Positions 48,869-59,359 are shown, numbered from the stretch's first letter. The stretch: 64,000 nt of DNA from Candidatus Zambryskibacteria bacterium CG10_big_fil_rev_8_21_14_0_10_42_12 (GCA_002787695.1 PCXL01000013.1:31168-95167); one strand, 5' to 3'. Made by a program: numbers and translations. The notes: generated from the letters alone by a model not told the origin.

Positions 48869-51800
48869 TTACTGCCATCTACCGTACAGAATCGGTACAA
48901 GAATAAGTGTCACAACGGTTGCAAATGAGAGTCCGAACATAATTGAGTATGCAAGTGGTCCCCATAAACCAGAGGCGTACGTAAGCGGAATAATACCAAT
49001 AACCGTCGTAAGTGTCGTCAGAAGAATCGGGCGAAGACGCAATGTTGCTCCTTCTACTGCAACTCTATCACTACTCCATTCGGGATGTTCCTTGCGCAAA
49101 TTATTCATCACATCAATCAAGATAATAGAGTTATTCACCACAATACCAGACAGCGCAATGAATCCCATGATAGACGGAAATGAGATCGGCTTGTTTACAA
49201 TAGCAAGACCAAAAAGTACACCGATGAGAGAAAGTGGAATAATCGAGATAATGATAAACGCTTGTTTGTATGAATTAAACTGAAGCACCAATATAGCCAG
49301 AATAAGTGCAAAGCCTATAATCAGTGCAATAAACATATCTCTAAATGATTTATTCACTTCTTCATTCTCGCCTCCTACACTATATGTAATACCTGCGGGC
49401 ATTTGTTCTACATCAAGTTTCTCTTCAAACACTTTGACAACAGATGCAGGTGTTGAGCCTTGTATGACATCTGACGATACCGTTGCTACACGCTTACGAT
49501 CTTCATGCACAATAGACGTGTTACTTCGCTCAATTGAAACCCGCGCCACAGATCCGAGCAAGATAGTACCGTTAGGTGCTTTTAATGGTATCGCAAGAAT
49601 ATCGTCAATCGTCGCGTTTGGAATATCGCGAAGCTCGGGAATACCACCGGTAATATTAAGCCTCGCAATCACATCAATATCTGCCGTCTCCTGGTTGATT
49701 GTTGTTGTATTGATACCAACAATTGCCGTACGGAGCGCAAGCGCAAGCGCTTGTGGCGAAAGGCCGGTTCGCGAAAGTGCATCTCTGTCGATATCAAGCT
49801 TAAAGGTGATACCGTCACTCGCAAAACTGTTTTCTACCTGAGTTGCCCCTGGTACAGATTCTAAAACAGTTTCAGCATAAGAAACGGCCTGAGAAAGATC
49901 ATCGAGATTTTCCCCATAAAATTTTATAGCAACCGGCTTACCCGTAGGTGGACCTCCTGATGGTTCAGATACGCGAATTGTCGCACCAGAAACTGGGGCA
50001 AGCATTTCCCTGAGCTCATCTACAACTTCTGTACTCGTCTTCTTTCTATCGTCACGCAAGATAATCATCTGGTTTGCAAATCGCTCGCCCGATGCAGCAC
50101 TTCCGAATGCGCTTCCCGCACCCACTGTTGTAACAAAAGAATCAATTTCTTCATGATTATAGAGTACTTCCTCAATGCGACGAGTCACCAAATCAGTTTG
50201 TGAAAGCACAGACCCTTCAGGCAATTCTGCTTCAACATAAATGAAATCTATATCTTCTTGTGGGAAAAAGATTACCTGAACACCACCAACAATAGGCAGT
50301 GCAAATGCCACCACAAACATAATCGCCATAGAGAGTAGGAACACATTTTCCGTGTCTCTGTCACCCAAAATACGGTGCACGATATTGTGATAACCTTCGG
50401 TTATACGTTTCGTAATTTTTTCTTGAAATGCAACAAAAGGAGACGGACTATGTTCATGCAAGAAATGAGATGCAATGAGTGGCACAAAGGCAAGGGCAAC
50501 AAACAAAGACGCAGCAAGCACAAAGATAATCGTAAACGGAATACTTGCAATAAACTCTCCGGTTACACCAGAGACAATAAAGAGTGGTGCGAACACGGCA
50601 ATAGTTGTTGCAGTTCCAGAAATAAGTGGCCATCCAAATGTCTTAATAGTTGCAAGTGCCGCTTCGAGACCCGATTTACCAGATTGCTTTTCGGTATGAA
50701 TTGCTTCTGTTACCACAATAGCAGAGTCGACCAAGATACCGACTGCAAGAATGAGTGAAAAGAGACTTACAAAGTTAATCGTGTTACCTGAAAGATATAA
50801 ACCAATAAATGCAACAAGAAATGAGAGCGGAATAGCGAGACCTGCGATTATAGCTTCTTTCCATCCTAAAAACAGAAGAAGCACAATGATCACCAAACCA
50901 ACCGTCTGGAGTCCTGAAAAGGAAAGATTACGAAGATCATCTTTAACATATTCACCGGTGTCGTACGAAACCAGTACTGTTGCATCAGAAAGAAAACTAC
51001 CCTCCATCTCTCCAATCTTTTCATTGATTGCTTCAGTAATACGAGTAATATCACCACCACGACGTTTGAAAATTGAAAATGTTGCCGACTGTTCTGATGG
51101 CTCACCATTTACAGATACGCGAGAAAGTGTGTTCGCTGCTTCTGTACCCGTTGAAATGGTTGCAATATCACGCATGTACACTGTGGCATTTCCACTTCTC
51201 CCCACGGGAATCGATGCAACTTCTTCTGGTGTACGCAAGCCACCTTCAAAAGAAATTGCGTAGGTCACACCATTTACCGCAATACTACCAACAGGAAGTG
51301 ATGCATTTGCTTGGGAAAGCGTCGAGGTGATTTCAGATAAACTCAAGCCATATCGCACGAGTGCCTCTGAATCAATAAATACCGTCACCTCCCTATCAGG
51401 AAGACCGCTTCGCTCAACACGAGAAACACCGCGAACAGATTTGAGGTTACTTTCAATTTGTTCAGAAAGTTCAATAAATTCAGTTGTAGGTAAATCTGTT
51501 GAAACAGAAACAGTCAAAATAGGTTGATCAACAAAATTTACCTCAGAGACAAATGGATCTTCGGCTTCTGTTGGAAGCTCTGGGGTCACCGCATCGACTT
51601 CATCTTTGACTTCTGCGATAGACTTATCAAGTGATGCGTCAGCGTTAAACTCAACAGTAATAACCGATACACCTTCGCGAGATGTTGAATTGAGTTTATT
51701 TAATTCTTCAAGGTTATTAAAAAGACGCTCCTCTAGTTTATTTGTCACTAAGAGTTCCACATCAGACGCGTTAGCTCCTGGAAAAACCGTAGTAACTATG

Positions 51801-51937
51801 GCAACTGGCACTTGTACTTCTGGTGCAGACTCCTTGGGTATAGCGATCATTGCGTAAAAACCAGCACCAATAAGCACTGCCATTAACATATAGCTAAAAC
51901 GTTCCCGTTTTGTAAAAAATCCCCAGAATGACTCCAT
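48869..51937 (-). CDS. RND efflux permease (AcrB/AcrD/AcrF family)
   Basis: GILVDSAIVV, RLRPILLTTLTT, 1022 aa with 12-TM layout. Confidence 0.93.
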   Translation of the reverse strand: MESFWGFFTKRERFSYMLMAVLIGAGFYAMIAIPKESAPEVQVPVAIVTTVFPGANASDVELLVTNKLEERLFNNLEELNKLNSTSREGVSVITVEFNADASLDKSIAEVKDEVDAVTPELPTEAEDPFVSEVNFVDQPILTVSVSTDLPTTEFIELSEQIESNLKSVRGVSRVERSGLPDREVTVFIDSEALVRYGLSLSEITSTLSQANASLPVGSIAVNGVTYAISFEGGLRTPEEVASIPVGRSGNATVYMRDIATISTGTEAANTLSRVSVNGEPSEQSATFSIFKRRGGDITRITEAINEKIGEMEGSFLSDATVLVSYDTGEYVKDDLRNLSFSGLQTVGLVIIVLLLFLGWKEAIIAGLAIPLSFLVAFIGLYLSGNTINFVSLFSLILAVGILVDSAIVVTEAIHTEKQSGKSGLEAALATIKTFGWPLISGTATTIAVFAPLFIVSGVTGEFIASIPFTIIFVLAASLFVALAFVPLIASHFLHEHSPSPFVAFQEKITKRITEGYHNIVHRILGDRDTENVFLLSMAIMFVVAFALPIVGGVQVIFFPQEDIDFIYVEAELPEGSVLSQTDLVTRRIEEVLYNHEEIDSFVTTVGAGSAFGSAASGERFANQMIILRDDRKKTSTEVVDELREMLAPVSGATIRVSEPSGGPPTGKPVAIKFYGENLDDLSQAVSYAETVLESVPGATQVENSFASDGITFKLDIDRDALSRTGLSPQALALALRTAIVGINTTTINQETADIDVIARLNITGGIPELRDIPNATIDDILAIPLKAPNGTILLGSVARVSIERSNTSIVHEDRKRVATVSSDVIQGSTPASVVKVFEEKLDVEQMPAGITYSVGGENEEVNKSFRDMFIALIIGFALILAILVLQFNSYKQAFIIISIIPLSLIGVLFGLAIVNKPISFPSIMGFIALSGIVVNNSIILIDVMNNLRKEHPEWSSDRVAVEGATLRLRPILLTTLTTVIGIIPLTYASGLWGPLAYSIMFGLSFATVVTLILVPILYGRWQ

Positions 51938-51938
51938 A

Positions 51939-53525
51939 TTATTCTTGCGACACCGAGACTTTCTCTCCCACTTTTAATCCACGCGCATCTGTCACAATCC
52001 GGAGTAACGGATCAAGATCTCCGGTGATCAACACAGAATCACCGAACACTGGTCCGATTTCTACGGGATACGAAACGATCATATTATTTTCGTCAATTCC
52101 AAAAACTGCCGTTTCTTTAGTTCCAATGTTAAGTGAAGCGATCGGAATACGTACCCCTTCGCGCACATTCACATCTTCTACATCCCCCGTTCGAGCAATA
52201 GACACACGTACACTTTGACCATTCACCAAGTCTGCCTGAGAATCAGAAACACCAATGATTACTTCAATTTTCCGCGTTACAGGATCGAGTGCTGGAGCAA
52301 TACGCGTAACAACACCACTAAATTCATCACTGATACGCACCGTGTTACCAACCGAAATAAATGCCTTTTCTTGTTCAGTAATATACGTCTTTATGAGAAG
52401 CGCGTTGTTATTTGCAACCACCGCAACAGGTTGGTTCGGCGCAACCACGTCTCCCACATCAATAGAAAGACTATTGATAGTCCCCGAAAGTGGAGCACGG
52501 ATAATTTTCTTTTCAAGTGAAGCAACCGCAAGTGCACGCCCCGCTTCCGCTTGTCTCACTGCTGCATCTCGAGTTGAAAGATTTCCCGATCCAGCAGCCT
52601 GTGCATCATCTTCTACTGCTAATCGATATGTCGTTTCTGCACTTCGTAGTGATTCACGGCCAGACGAAACGTTTGCAAGTGCCGTATCTATCGATGTTCG
52701 AGCAGAAAGTATATCGGATACTTCTGTACTACTTCCCTGACGAGTTACGATTTCTGCCAGATCTCGCATAAAACTACTAATGAATCGAAGTCGTGCTTCA
52801 GCATCAGACAGAGACGTATCAATACTTGTATTTGGGGACAGAACTTCTACCATTTTTTTCCATACGATAAAGCTGTCGCCTATTTCTGCACGGCGCTCTT
52901 CGAGGTCATCAATGCCATACGATGAAATATTGAGACGTGGAGCAGATGTACGTGGAGCTGTAAAAAATTGGTCCGCTTTTCCATACACTGCGTTTTCTGC
53001 AAGTGTATATGCTTGCTGTACCGTGTTATAAGCCGAAACACGTTCCTGCTCAAGTGCATGTGTTGCATTATCAAGACGAATATCTGTGAGAGATGATGAC
53101 TCTTGGCGCGCAGCCACAGCAGCATCAACACTTGCTTGAGCTTGTGCTACCTGTGCTCGTTCAAAATTATTTTCGATTTCAGCAATTATTTCACCTGCAA
53201 CAACTCGGTCCCCCAAGTTTTTACGCACTGATACCACTTGTCCCGATGCTTCTGCACGAATATCTGCTTCACTTTGTGATTCAACTGTGCCTGTTACCGC
53301 AAGTTCACTTCCATTTCCAGAGAGCTCAGCAATGGTCCTTAGTGTCACAGTTCTCATGCTCCGTTCGCTTTTTTCAGCTGGTGCATTATTGCGAATGGCA
53401 TTAAAAATAATAAAACCTAAAGCCACTAATACAATAATGAGAGCAATACGCTTTTTACGATTTGTTCGAGCATCGCGAATAAATGAGCGGATGATACTAA
53501 ATAAATGTCTGGTTGTTCGTCTCAT
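51939..53525 (-). CDS. RND periplasmic adaptor (membrane fusion protein)
   Basis: Lipoyl half-motifs SGQVVSV..GDRV and IRAPLSGTI..VGDVV; adjacent to the RND permease. Confidence 0.88.
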   Translation of the reverse strand: MRRTTRHLFSIIRSFIRDARTNRKKRIALIIVLVALGFIIFNAIRNNAPAEKSERSMRTVTLRTIAELSGNGSELAVTGTVESQSEADIRAEASGQVVSVRKNLGDRVVAGEIIAEIENNFERAQVAQAQASVDAAVAARQESSSLTDIRLDNATHALEQERVSAYNTVQQAYTLAENAVYGKADQFFTAPRTSAPRLNISSYGIDDLEERRAEIGDSFIVWKKMVEVLSPNTSIDTSLSDAEARLRFISSFMRDLAEIVTRQGSSTEVSDILSARTSIDTALANVSSGRESLRSAETTYRLAVEDDAQAAGSGNLSTRDAAVRQAEAGRALAVASLEKKIIRAPLSGTINSLSIDVGDVVAPNQPVAVVANNNALLIKTYITEQEKAFISVGNTVRISDEFSGVVTRIAPALDPVTRKIEVIIGVSDSQADLVNGQSVRVSIARTGDVEDVNVREGVRIPIASLNIGTKETAVFGIDENNMIVSYPVEIGPVFGDSVLITGDLDPLLRIVTDARGLKVGEKVSVSQE

Positions 53526-53574
53526 AATATTAAAATTGAGTAAACATAGTACCACACTTAACCCATGATTTCAA

Positions 53575-54135
53575 TTATTTTTTAAGAAACATTTTTCTCA
53601 CCAACAGGGAGAAGGCAATTGCAAGTAACACAAATCCAAGGTACACAGACAGAATTGTCGGTACATTGTAAGGAATCTTTTTAATAGCACCGAGTACTAT
53701 GGTTGAAACCCAAGATACAAAAGAGATAGCACCGCTCACATACAAATACAAACTCATCCTTCTGAAACCCGGATCTAGTCCTAGATGATTGCCGATAAGT
53801 TGTCTCATTCGTGGGATATATATGTGATGTATAACGGCACCATTTACCGCAATAATAAGTACGATAATCATCTTTGCAATAAATTTCGTAGACACTGCAT
53901 ATTTCGCAAAATCAAGAGACATAAGTAACAGGCCAGAAATCGTCAAAATAAATAGTCCAACCCAAACCATTACTCCCCCGATAGACATGAGTCGAAGCTC
54001 GTCCTTGGTTATTTTCTTATCTTTTATTGATTCCATATAGAGCACATCAGATACAAATGCTCCACCTGCGCCAATGGCAAGTCCTAACAGGTGCAAAATA
54101 AGATAAATGGTTTTCAAACTTACAAAAGAAAGCAT
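53575..54135 (-). CDS. Hypothetical polytopic membrane protein
   Basis: About 5 TMs; HLLGLAIGAGGA. Confidence 0.7.
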   Translation of the reverse strand: MLSFVSLKTIYLILHLLGLAIGAGGAFVSDVLYMESIKDKKITKDELRLMSIGGVMVWVGLFILTISGLLLMSLDFAKYAVSTKFIAKMIIVLIIAVNGAVIHHIYIPRMRQLIGNHLGLDPGFRRMSLYLYVSGAISFVSWVSTIVLGAIKKIPYNVPTILSVYLGFVLLAIAFSLLVRKMFLKK

Positions 54136-54219
54136 ATATATATTGTACGATACATCTGGTAAACTTGGTTTGACAAGTAGTGTATAATAGACGAGTTAAA
54201 ATTTAATCAACAGAATCTC

Positions 54220-54453
54220 ATGGCTACCGTAACAATATACTCAACACCAACATGTCACTTTTGTCACAAGGCAAAAGAGTTATTTAAGGAAAACAACATT
54301 TCTTTTTCTGACCACAATGTTTTTGAAGATGTTGCTAAGCGACAAGAAATGGTGGAGCGGAGCGGTCAAATGGGCGTTCCGGTGATTTTCATAGATGATG
54401 AAATGATTATCGGCTTTGATGAAGGTCGCATAAGATCACTCCTCAACATTTAG
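54220..54453 (+). CDS. Glutaredoxin-like NrdH/YruB redoxin
   Basis: YSTPTCHFC, SGQMGVPV, IGFD. Confidence 0.92.
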   Translation: MATVTIYSTPTCHFCHKAKELFKENNISFSDHNVFEDVAKRQEMVERSGQMGVPVIFIDDEMIIGFDEGRIRSLLNI

Positions 54454-54457
54454 TTAT

Positions 54458-54480
54458 GTACAAAGGTTGAACCTTTGTAC
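54458..54480. repeat. REP-like palindrome, copy 2
   Basis: GTACAAAGGTT-G-AACCTTTGTAC between convergent stops. Confidence 0.65.
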
Positions 54481-55103
54481 TATTCCTCAAGAAGCCAGAG
54501 TTCGTTTCGCACAACAAATGGCATACTCCACGGCAATGCATAGCGTGCATACAGAACATTTTTTCCAGTAACTCCCTCCTCTTCAGCTTTTGCAATAATG
54601 TTTTCTTGTTTTTTAGGTGATAGACAATTCCAGATACACGCAATGTTTTTCACAAATATAGGTTGTGACGGAACAATACGAGTCATCACGCGAACATCAT
54701 GTGGTTCCGGCAAACTATCTAGCGTGCGATATTCCGGCATGATAAACGCGATACGGTATGTCTCCTGAACATCAGATTCATCTGACAAGATATTTCTCTC
54801 CTGCGCATCTTCCCTATCAACCACTATTGGACGAGTCATGGGAATAGTCTCACCCGTACTATTGTTTCCATCAATATATGCTGCAAGTCTAGAAAAACCT
54901 TCCTGCAAAGCTTCCCCATACGAGGCAGAAACTCGAGTCTCAGCAATTGCATATACAACATATTCTCGAATCTCAAACCCGTTACCTTCTTCAACAACCG
55001 TATATTGTGGAGCAGGAATACTATGTACGCGCGTACTATAAAACGCCCAGGCAAGCAACAATATTATGATAATTCCTAAATAATAAAGTTTTCTCTTGGA
55101 CAT
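54480..55103 (-). CDS. SOUL heme-binding family protein
   Basis: PQYTVV, FEIREY, GFSRLAAYI.GNN, IPMT.P, VRNELW. Confidence 0.8.
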   Translation of the reverse strand: MSKRKLYYLGIIIILLLAWAFYSTRVHSIPAPQYTVVEEGNGFEIREYVVYAIAETRVSASYGEALQEGFSRLAAYIDGNNSTGETIPMTRPIVVDREDAQERNILSDESDVQETYRIAFIMPEYRTLDSLPEPHDVRVMTRIVPSQPIFVKNIACIWNCLSPKKQENIIAKAEEEGVTGKNVLYARYALPWSMPFVVRNELWLLEE

Positions 55104-55115
55104 AGTGTGTCTATA

Positions 55116-55694
55116 CTATTCAAAGCGAATAGGTACCTCTAGTGCATCATCGTGTTCCGGAAGTCCTGATGGATTATCTTTCTGCAAGATAAGTGCTCCA
55201 CGTTCAGGATACAATGTTGGTTTTTCAAATGTGATCTCGGCAACAAACGGTACAAAATCTTCTGTCATCCATTCATCTTGTGCAGTTGCAATACCCTCTC
55301 CAATAATAAGCCCGTCCCAGTTTACAACGTATACAGGAAAACTTGCTTCAAAAAACCAGTAGCCGCGCGCTTCACCTGTAATAGTAAGCGGGCTTGTCAC
55401 CACACCTCCCGGACGAGGACTCTCAAGACGAATTAAATTTGTTTTCTCTAATTCATTCCCAACATTTTCAGTAAATAGACGTCCATCAACAGTCCTGCAC
55501 TGACGCGGATATGATTCCATTACCGGGTTGCCTTCCGCTACACAATCCTCAAAAGATTCAGCTTGCGAGGTTGGGAGTGGATCTTTATCCGACTGACCAC
55601 CCTGCAATCCTGGTAGCAATTTTTGCCAATCAAGCAGTAGTCCAAGGACCACAATGACTGCAATAAGTATGATAAATAATACGCTTTTTTTCAT
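55116..55694 (-). CDS. Gmad2 Ig-like domain surface protein
   Basis: FEDCVAEGNPVMESYPRQC, GEARGYWFFEASFPV, KDNPSG. Confidence 0.8.
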   Translation of the reverse strand: MKKSVLFIILIAVIVVLGLLLDWQKLLPGLQGGQSDKDPLPTSQAESFEDCVAEGNPVMESYPRQCRTVDGRLFTENVGNELEKTNLIRLESPRPGGVVTSPLTITGEARGYWFFEASFPVYVVNWDGLIIGEGIATAQDEWMTEDFVPFVAEITFEKPTLYPERGALILQKDNPSGLPEHDDALEVPIRFE

Positions 55695-55699
55695 ATGTT

Positions 55700-56281
55700 T
55701 TAGGATTCAATTACCTCCATTTCCTCTTGATTGATACTGTCTTCCGCTGGCATCTCTGTCTCAACTGACGCATCTCCTTCAATCGGTTCTACCGCCAATT
55801 CTTCAAATGTAATATTTTCTGGTATAGCAATCATAGATGGATCTGATGCAACTTCATTACATGAGTAAATAACCTGATCAGCAGCATCTGCTGATGCGTT
55901 ATTAAACGTAATCTGCTCACGAACTACCTGTGCTTTGCTACCGACAGGCGAGAGTGAAGACCAGCTGTATACATAATCACCATCCCAAATAGAATAAATA
56001 TCTATCGTGGTATTAATTTCAGGAACAAATGTTTTAAATTCAGCTCTGAATGAATTTCCGTCTAGGTATACCATACCCAATGATTCTCTATTCTCGACGG
56101 CGCTTTGCACGTCACACACATACGCCTTGTCTCCGCCTATCAAATCATCAATAGCATCTCTCTCAAATGCTTCACCAATCATGGTTATCCCACCAGTGGT
56201 TTCATTTGACGACCATGCATAATAGCCTAGTCCCGCAACCACGATAATTCCAATGACACCCCATATATACGTCTGCTTCAT
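55700..56281 (-). CDS. Hypothetical membrane-anchored protein
   Basis: N-terminal TM; beta-rich domain with a Cys pair and DGDYVYSWSS. Confidence 0.7.
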   Translation of the reverse strand: MKQTYIWGVIGIIVVAGLGYYAWSSNETTGGITMIGEAFERDAIDDLIGGDKAYVCDVQSAVENRESLGMVYLDGNSFRAEFKTFVPEINTTIDIYSIWDGDYVYSWSSLSPVGSKAQVVREQITFNNASADAADQVIYSCNEVASDPSMIAIPENITFEELAVEPIEGDASVETEMPAEDSINQEEMEVIES

Positions 56282-56330
56282 AAATTGATTACATTACGGT
56301 CAATAACTCCATTATATCACGCTACAATTA

Positions 56331-56753
56331 TTACGAGTTAAGTAGATTTAATCCTGTTTTTTCATCATATGTTCGTGTCAATGTATGAGATATAAGGGAA
56401 AGGACAAACTCGCCTGTTGCTGAAATAATCATACGTTTAACATGACCTCCCACCATGTGATAGTTTCTATCAGAAAACACGCCATGAGCATGAATGAGTG
56501 GCTTTTCATCAAACCAACCAATGTTTCCAGAACATGACACAATTTCTAGATCTTCCTTAAAGTCTTTATCTACATACTCTTTTTTCTCTAGATCATAAAA
56601 TGAAAGCGTAAGCGATCCGCACGCACCTATGCCAAAAAAGCCAGCGCTTTGCACATTGTATTCTTTTGTGAAATGTGAGAGCTCCGCTATCACATCATCT
56701 CCTCTGTCACAACGAATAATTGCTTTATCTTGTGTTTTATAGAGCATCTTCAT
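56331..56753 (-). CDS. PPC/DUF296 domain protein
   Basis: GIGA, EIVSCSGNI, HAH, GGHV. Confidence 0.88.
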   Translation of the reverse strand: MKMLYKTQDKAIIRCDRGDDVIAELSHFTKEYNVQSAGFFGIGACGSLTLSFYDLEKKEYVDKDFKEDLEIVSCSGNIGWFDEKPLIHAHGVFSDRNYHMVGGHVKRMIISATGEFVLSLISHTLTRTYDEKTGLNLLNS

Positions 56754-56773
56754 GTGCTCATGATAAAACGCTT

Positions 56774-57511
56774 CTAACGAGAGAGCAATGTATCACTGAT
56801 CTCAGTTTCGATTTGGGTTACATCAAAATATCCTTGATCGAGCAGTGCTGTTTCTATTTTTTTGATATATCCAGTTGCCATAAAAATACCAAGTACAATA
56901 AAAAGCACTCCGAGCACCCTCTTAAAACAGCCGCGCGGATCAGCAGCAATATTTAGTTTCAAAAGAATTTTTTGTCCCGCAAAGGCAATTACGAGAAGTG
57001 AAAATGCGAGCCCGAGAATATACGCCAAAATATATAACGCGCCTTTAGCAAAACTTTCCGGTAATACCGCAGCCAAGATAACAAAATATGTTGGACTACA
57101 GGTCGTAAAAATTGGACCAAGTGCAATACCCATGAGTGCATCACCCCACACATTTTTCTTTTGATTACCCTCTGCAAGCATCTTGTTTGAAGATGCTTGT
57201 ACTTTTGCAAGTGGACCCGATATCTTATCCCATAATGCAGGGAACAAAAGAGTGATCCCAAAGAAACCGATCACCAATCCAGCAAAATAATTCCAAAAAC
57301 TTTCTGGAACATTAATAAGGGTTGTTGTTGCCCGAAGCAAAAAAGTAAACACAAATACAGATAGAGACAGCCAAAACACAATACGATACGGACGTGTTCT
57401 ATCAGTAACATCTGCTACTGTGCCACCAAGTACTACCGGCAACAGGGGAAGAATACACGGTGCAAGCACCGTGAGCATTCCCGCAATAATAGAAACAATG
57501 AAGAGTGTCAT
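56774..57511 (-). CDS. ccdA: CcdA-family (DsbD-beta) electron transfer membrane protein
   Basis: AGMLTVLAPCILPLLP and GPIFTTCSP. Confidence 0.85.
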   Translation of the reverse strand: MTLFIVSIIAGMLTVLAPCILPLLPVVLGGTVADVTDRTRPYRIVFWLSLSVFVFTFLLRATTTLINVPESFWNYFAGLVIGFFGITLLFPALWDKISGPLAKVQASSNKMLAEGNQKKNVWGDALMGIALGPIFTTCSPTYFVILAAVLPESFAKGALYILAYILGLAFSLLVIAFAGQKILLKLNIAADPRGCFKRVLGVLFIVLGIFMATGYIKKIETALLDQGYFDVTQIETEISDTLLSR

Positions 57512-57622
57512 CCCGTTAGAAGCAGATTGCGATCACTCGCTTTCTGTTATTAAAATTAAATTTCAGATATATATCAACCATAGAGATTATGTTACGAAAC
57601 GCGATCGCGGCTTCTAACGGGA
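57511..57622. mobile_element. 112-bp non-autonomous MITE-like element
   Basis: 13-bp terminal inverted repeats TCCCGTTAGAAGC / GCTTCTAACGGGA, flanked by TCA direct repeats (57508-57510 and 57623-57625). Confidence 0.75.
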
Positions 57623-57625
57623 TCA

Positions 57626-58138
57626 TTATTGTACGCGACTTACCAGATCAGCAAGGGTCGGAGATCCAGACCATTTTTGTATCAGATTCCCTTCACTATC
57701 TACCTGCACCATCGTGTGCTGTACGGTTACGCCATATTTTCTCTTCAAATCTGAATATGTATCATAATCAGTCTTTAAAATAGTAAGGTTGGCAGGAATA
57801 TTACTGATATTCGATTCAATATCTGCATTGAGTGCTCTGCATGTAGGACACCACGTTGCATGAAAAAACAGAACAACGTCACCCTGTGCTGCCATTGCAA
57901 TTTTCTCTGGAGCATAGACTTCATAGGAACCGCCATTATTTATCATCATGAGATCTCCCTCCGCTGAACTATCATCCTGAACAGTAGCAGTATCGTCTCC
58001 ACGAGTGATCTCATCATTCACTCCGTTATCCATCATCTCTTCTGACTCACTGCCTCGAAACATAAAAATACCCAATACTATCAATACAATTGCCACTAAA
58101 CCAATCACAACAGTATTTCCTTTTTGAAAATTATACAT
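57626..58138 (-). CDS. Membrane-anchored thioredoxin-family protein
   Basis: N-terminal TM; FHATWCPTC; YGVTVQHT. Confidence 0.88.
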   Translation of the reverse strand: MYNFQKGNTVVIGLVAIVLIVLGIFMFRGSESEEMMDNGVNDEITRGDDTATVQDDSSAEGDLMMINNGGSYEVYAPEKIAMAAQGDVVLFFHATWCPTCRALNADIESNISNIPANLTILKTDYDTYSDLKRKYGVTVQHTMVQVDSEGNLIQKWSGSPTLADLVSRVQ

Positions 58139-58184
58139 ACATATTTGTCGTTAGAAATAACATATATATTTTAATTAAAGCAAT

Positions 58185-58212
58185 ATATATGTAAAGTTTA
58201 CTTTACATATAT
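58185..58212. promoter_or_regulatory. Palindromic operator candidate upstream of trx-ccdA
   Basis: ATATATGTAAAGT-TT-ACTTTACATATAT; adjacent to XRE regulator genes. Confidence 0.6.
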
Positions 58213-58226
58213 CTGTGTATAAATAA

Positions 58227-58592
58227 CTAGTACTTACGTTTTGCCCACACAAAGCCAAGAATTTTGGCAACAATCATAGCGACAAGTGCGGCAATCAACC
58301 ATTTATTTACCATGTTGTGTTTCAATACTTCAAAAATTATTCCGAGTACTAACACAAAAGCACTCGCAAGATACCCAATACGCCCCGCTATGTTCCGCAG
58401 ATATATTTCTCGCTCGTCCCCCTTCTTCTCTCTCCAAATAAAAATTACATACGCAACAAAGAGTGCGCCGAAGATACACAAAATTGTCGCAATCCATCCC
58501 ATTGGCATCCAGTAGGGATTTACAAAAATAAAAGCGGTTACAATGAGGAGTAAGGCAATAAGTAGCTCTGAAAGATTGTCACGCATATACAT
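58227..58592 (-). CDS. 4-TM membrane protein (DUF2178-like)
   Basis: GDEREIYLRNIAGRIGY motif; coupled to the XRE gene. Confidence 0.7.
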   Translation of the reverse strand: MYMRDNLSELLIALLLIVTAFIFVNPYWMPMGWIATILCIFGALFVAYVIFIWREKKGDEREIYLRNIAGRIGYLASAFVLVLGIIFEVLKHNMVNKWLIAALVAMIVAKILGFVWAKRKY

Positions 58593-58786
58593 TAGTTAAT
58601 AGTGAATAAATTTTCTACAGATGTTTTAAAAAATTTAGCAATTTTAATTGCCAACTCAACCGAAGGAATATAGTTGCCTTTTTCAAGTGAAATAATTGTT
58701 TGTCGTGATACACCTACAGCTTCTGCCAAATATTCTTGGGTAATCCCCTGTTCACACCTAATATCTTTTACCTTATTCTTCACCAT
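58592..58786 (-). CDS. XRE/Cro-C1 HTH transcriptional regulator
   Basis: ITQEYLAEAVGVSRQTIISLEKGNYIPS. Confidence 0.92.
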   Translation of the reverse strand: MVKNKVKDIRCEQGITQEYLAEAVGVSRQTIISLEKGNYIPSVELAIKIAKFFKTSVENLFTIN

Positions 58787-59183
58787 TGTCCTTATCCTCT
58801 TCTTTTTTGGGTGCAAGGTCAAGACATACTGAATTCATACAATAGCGTTTCCCTGTAGTTTCTGTAGGTCCATCATCAAATACGTGACCTAAGTGCGATC
58901 CGCATTTTCCGCACACAACCTCAGTCCTGTGCATACCATGGCTCGTATCTTCTTCAAGTTTTACCGCCCCCGGAAGCGCCTCATCAAATGAAGGCCAACC
59001 CGTGCCTGAATCAAATTTTGCATCTGATGCAAAAAGTGGATTGCCACAGACTTTGCACATGTATGTACCCTCTCTTTTTTCGTGTAAATATTTACCTGTA
59101 CCCGGTACTTCCGTACCTTTTTCGCGCAACACTTTATATTCTTCAGGTGTTAATTTTTGTTTTATTTCTTCTTCGTTCATCAT
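58773..59183 (-). CDS. msrB: Peptide-methionine (R)-S-oxide reductase
   Basis: KFDSGTGWPSF, HLGHVFDDGP, RYCMNS. Confidence 0.96.
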   Translation of the reverse strand: MMNEEEIKQKLTPEEYKVLREKGTEVPGTGKYLHEKREGTYMCKVCGNPLFASDAKFDSGTGWPSFDEALPGAVKLEEDTSHGMHRTEVVCGKCGSHLGHVFDDGPTETTGKRYCMNSVCLDLAPKKEEDKDNGEE

Positions 59184-59359
59184 ATAGGTATTATAGAGCA
59201 AATTTGCCTTTTACCATCCTTCCGTGGTAATTTGAAAATCCGGGAGGAAAGAGGCACGTAGCGGGAGGACAATAGTTCGAAAAACCTTGGATCTAACACC
59301 GAACTACCGCCTCTTTCTTCCCCGGCAATCACGCTGGACCATATTTTTGGTCCGGTCTT

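Noticed and set aside
48869-51937. RND proton-relay variants (DS for DD, N for K) and no TolC nearby
   Set aside because: Similar variants are common in this family, and TolC is not expected in a monoderm
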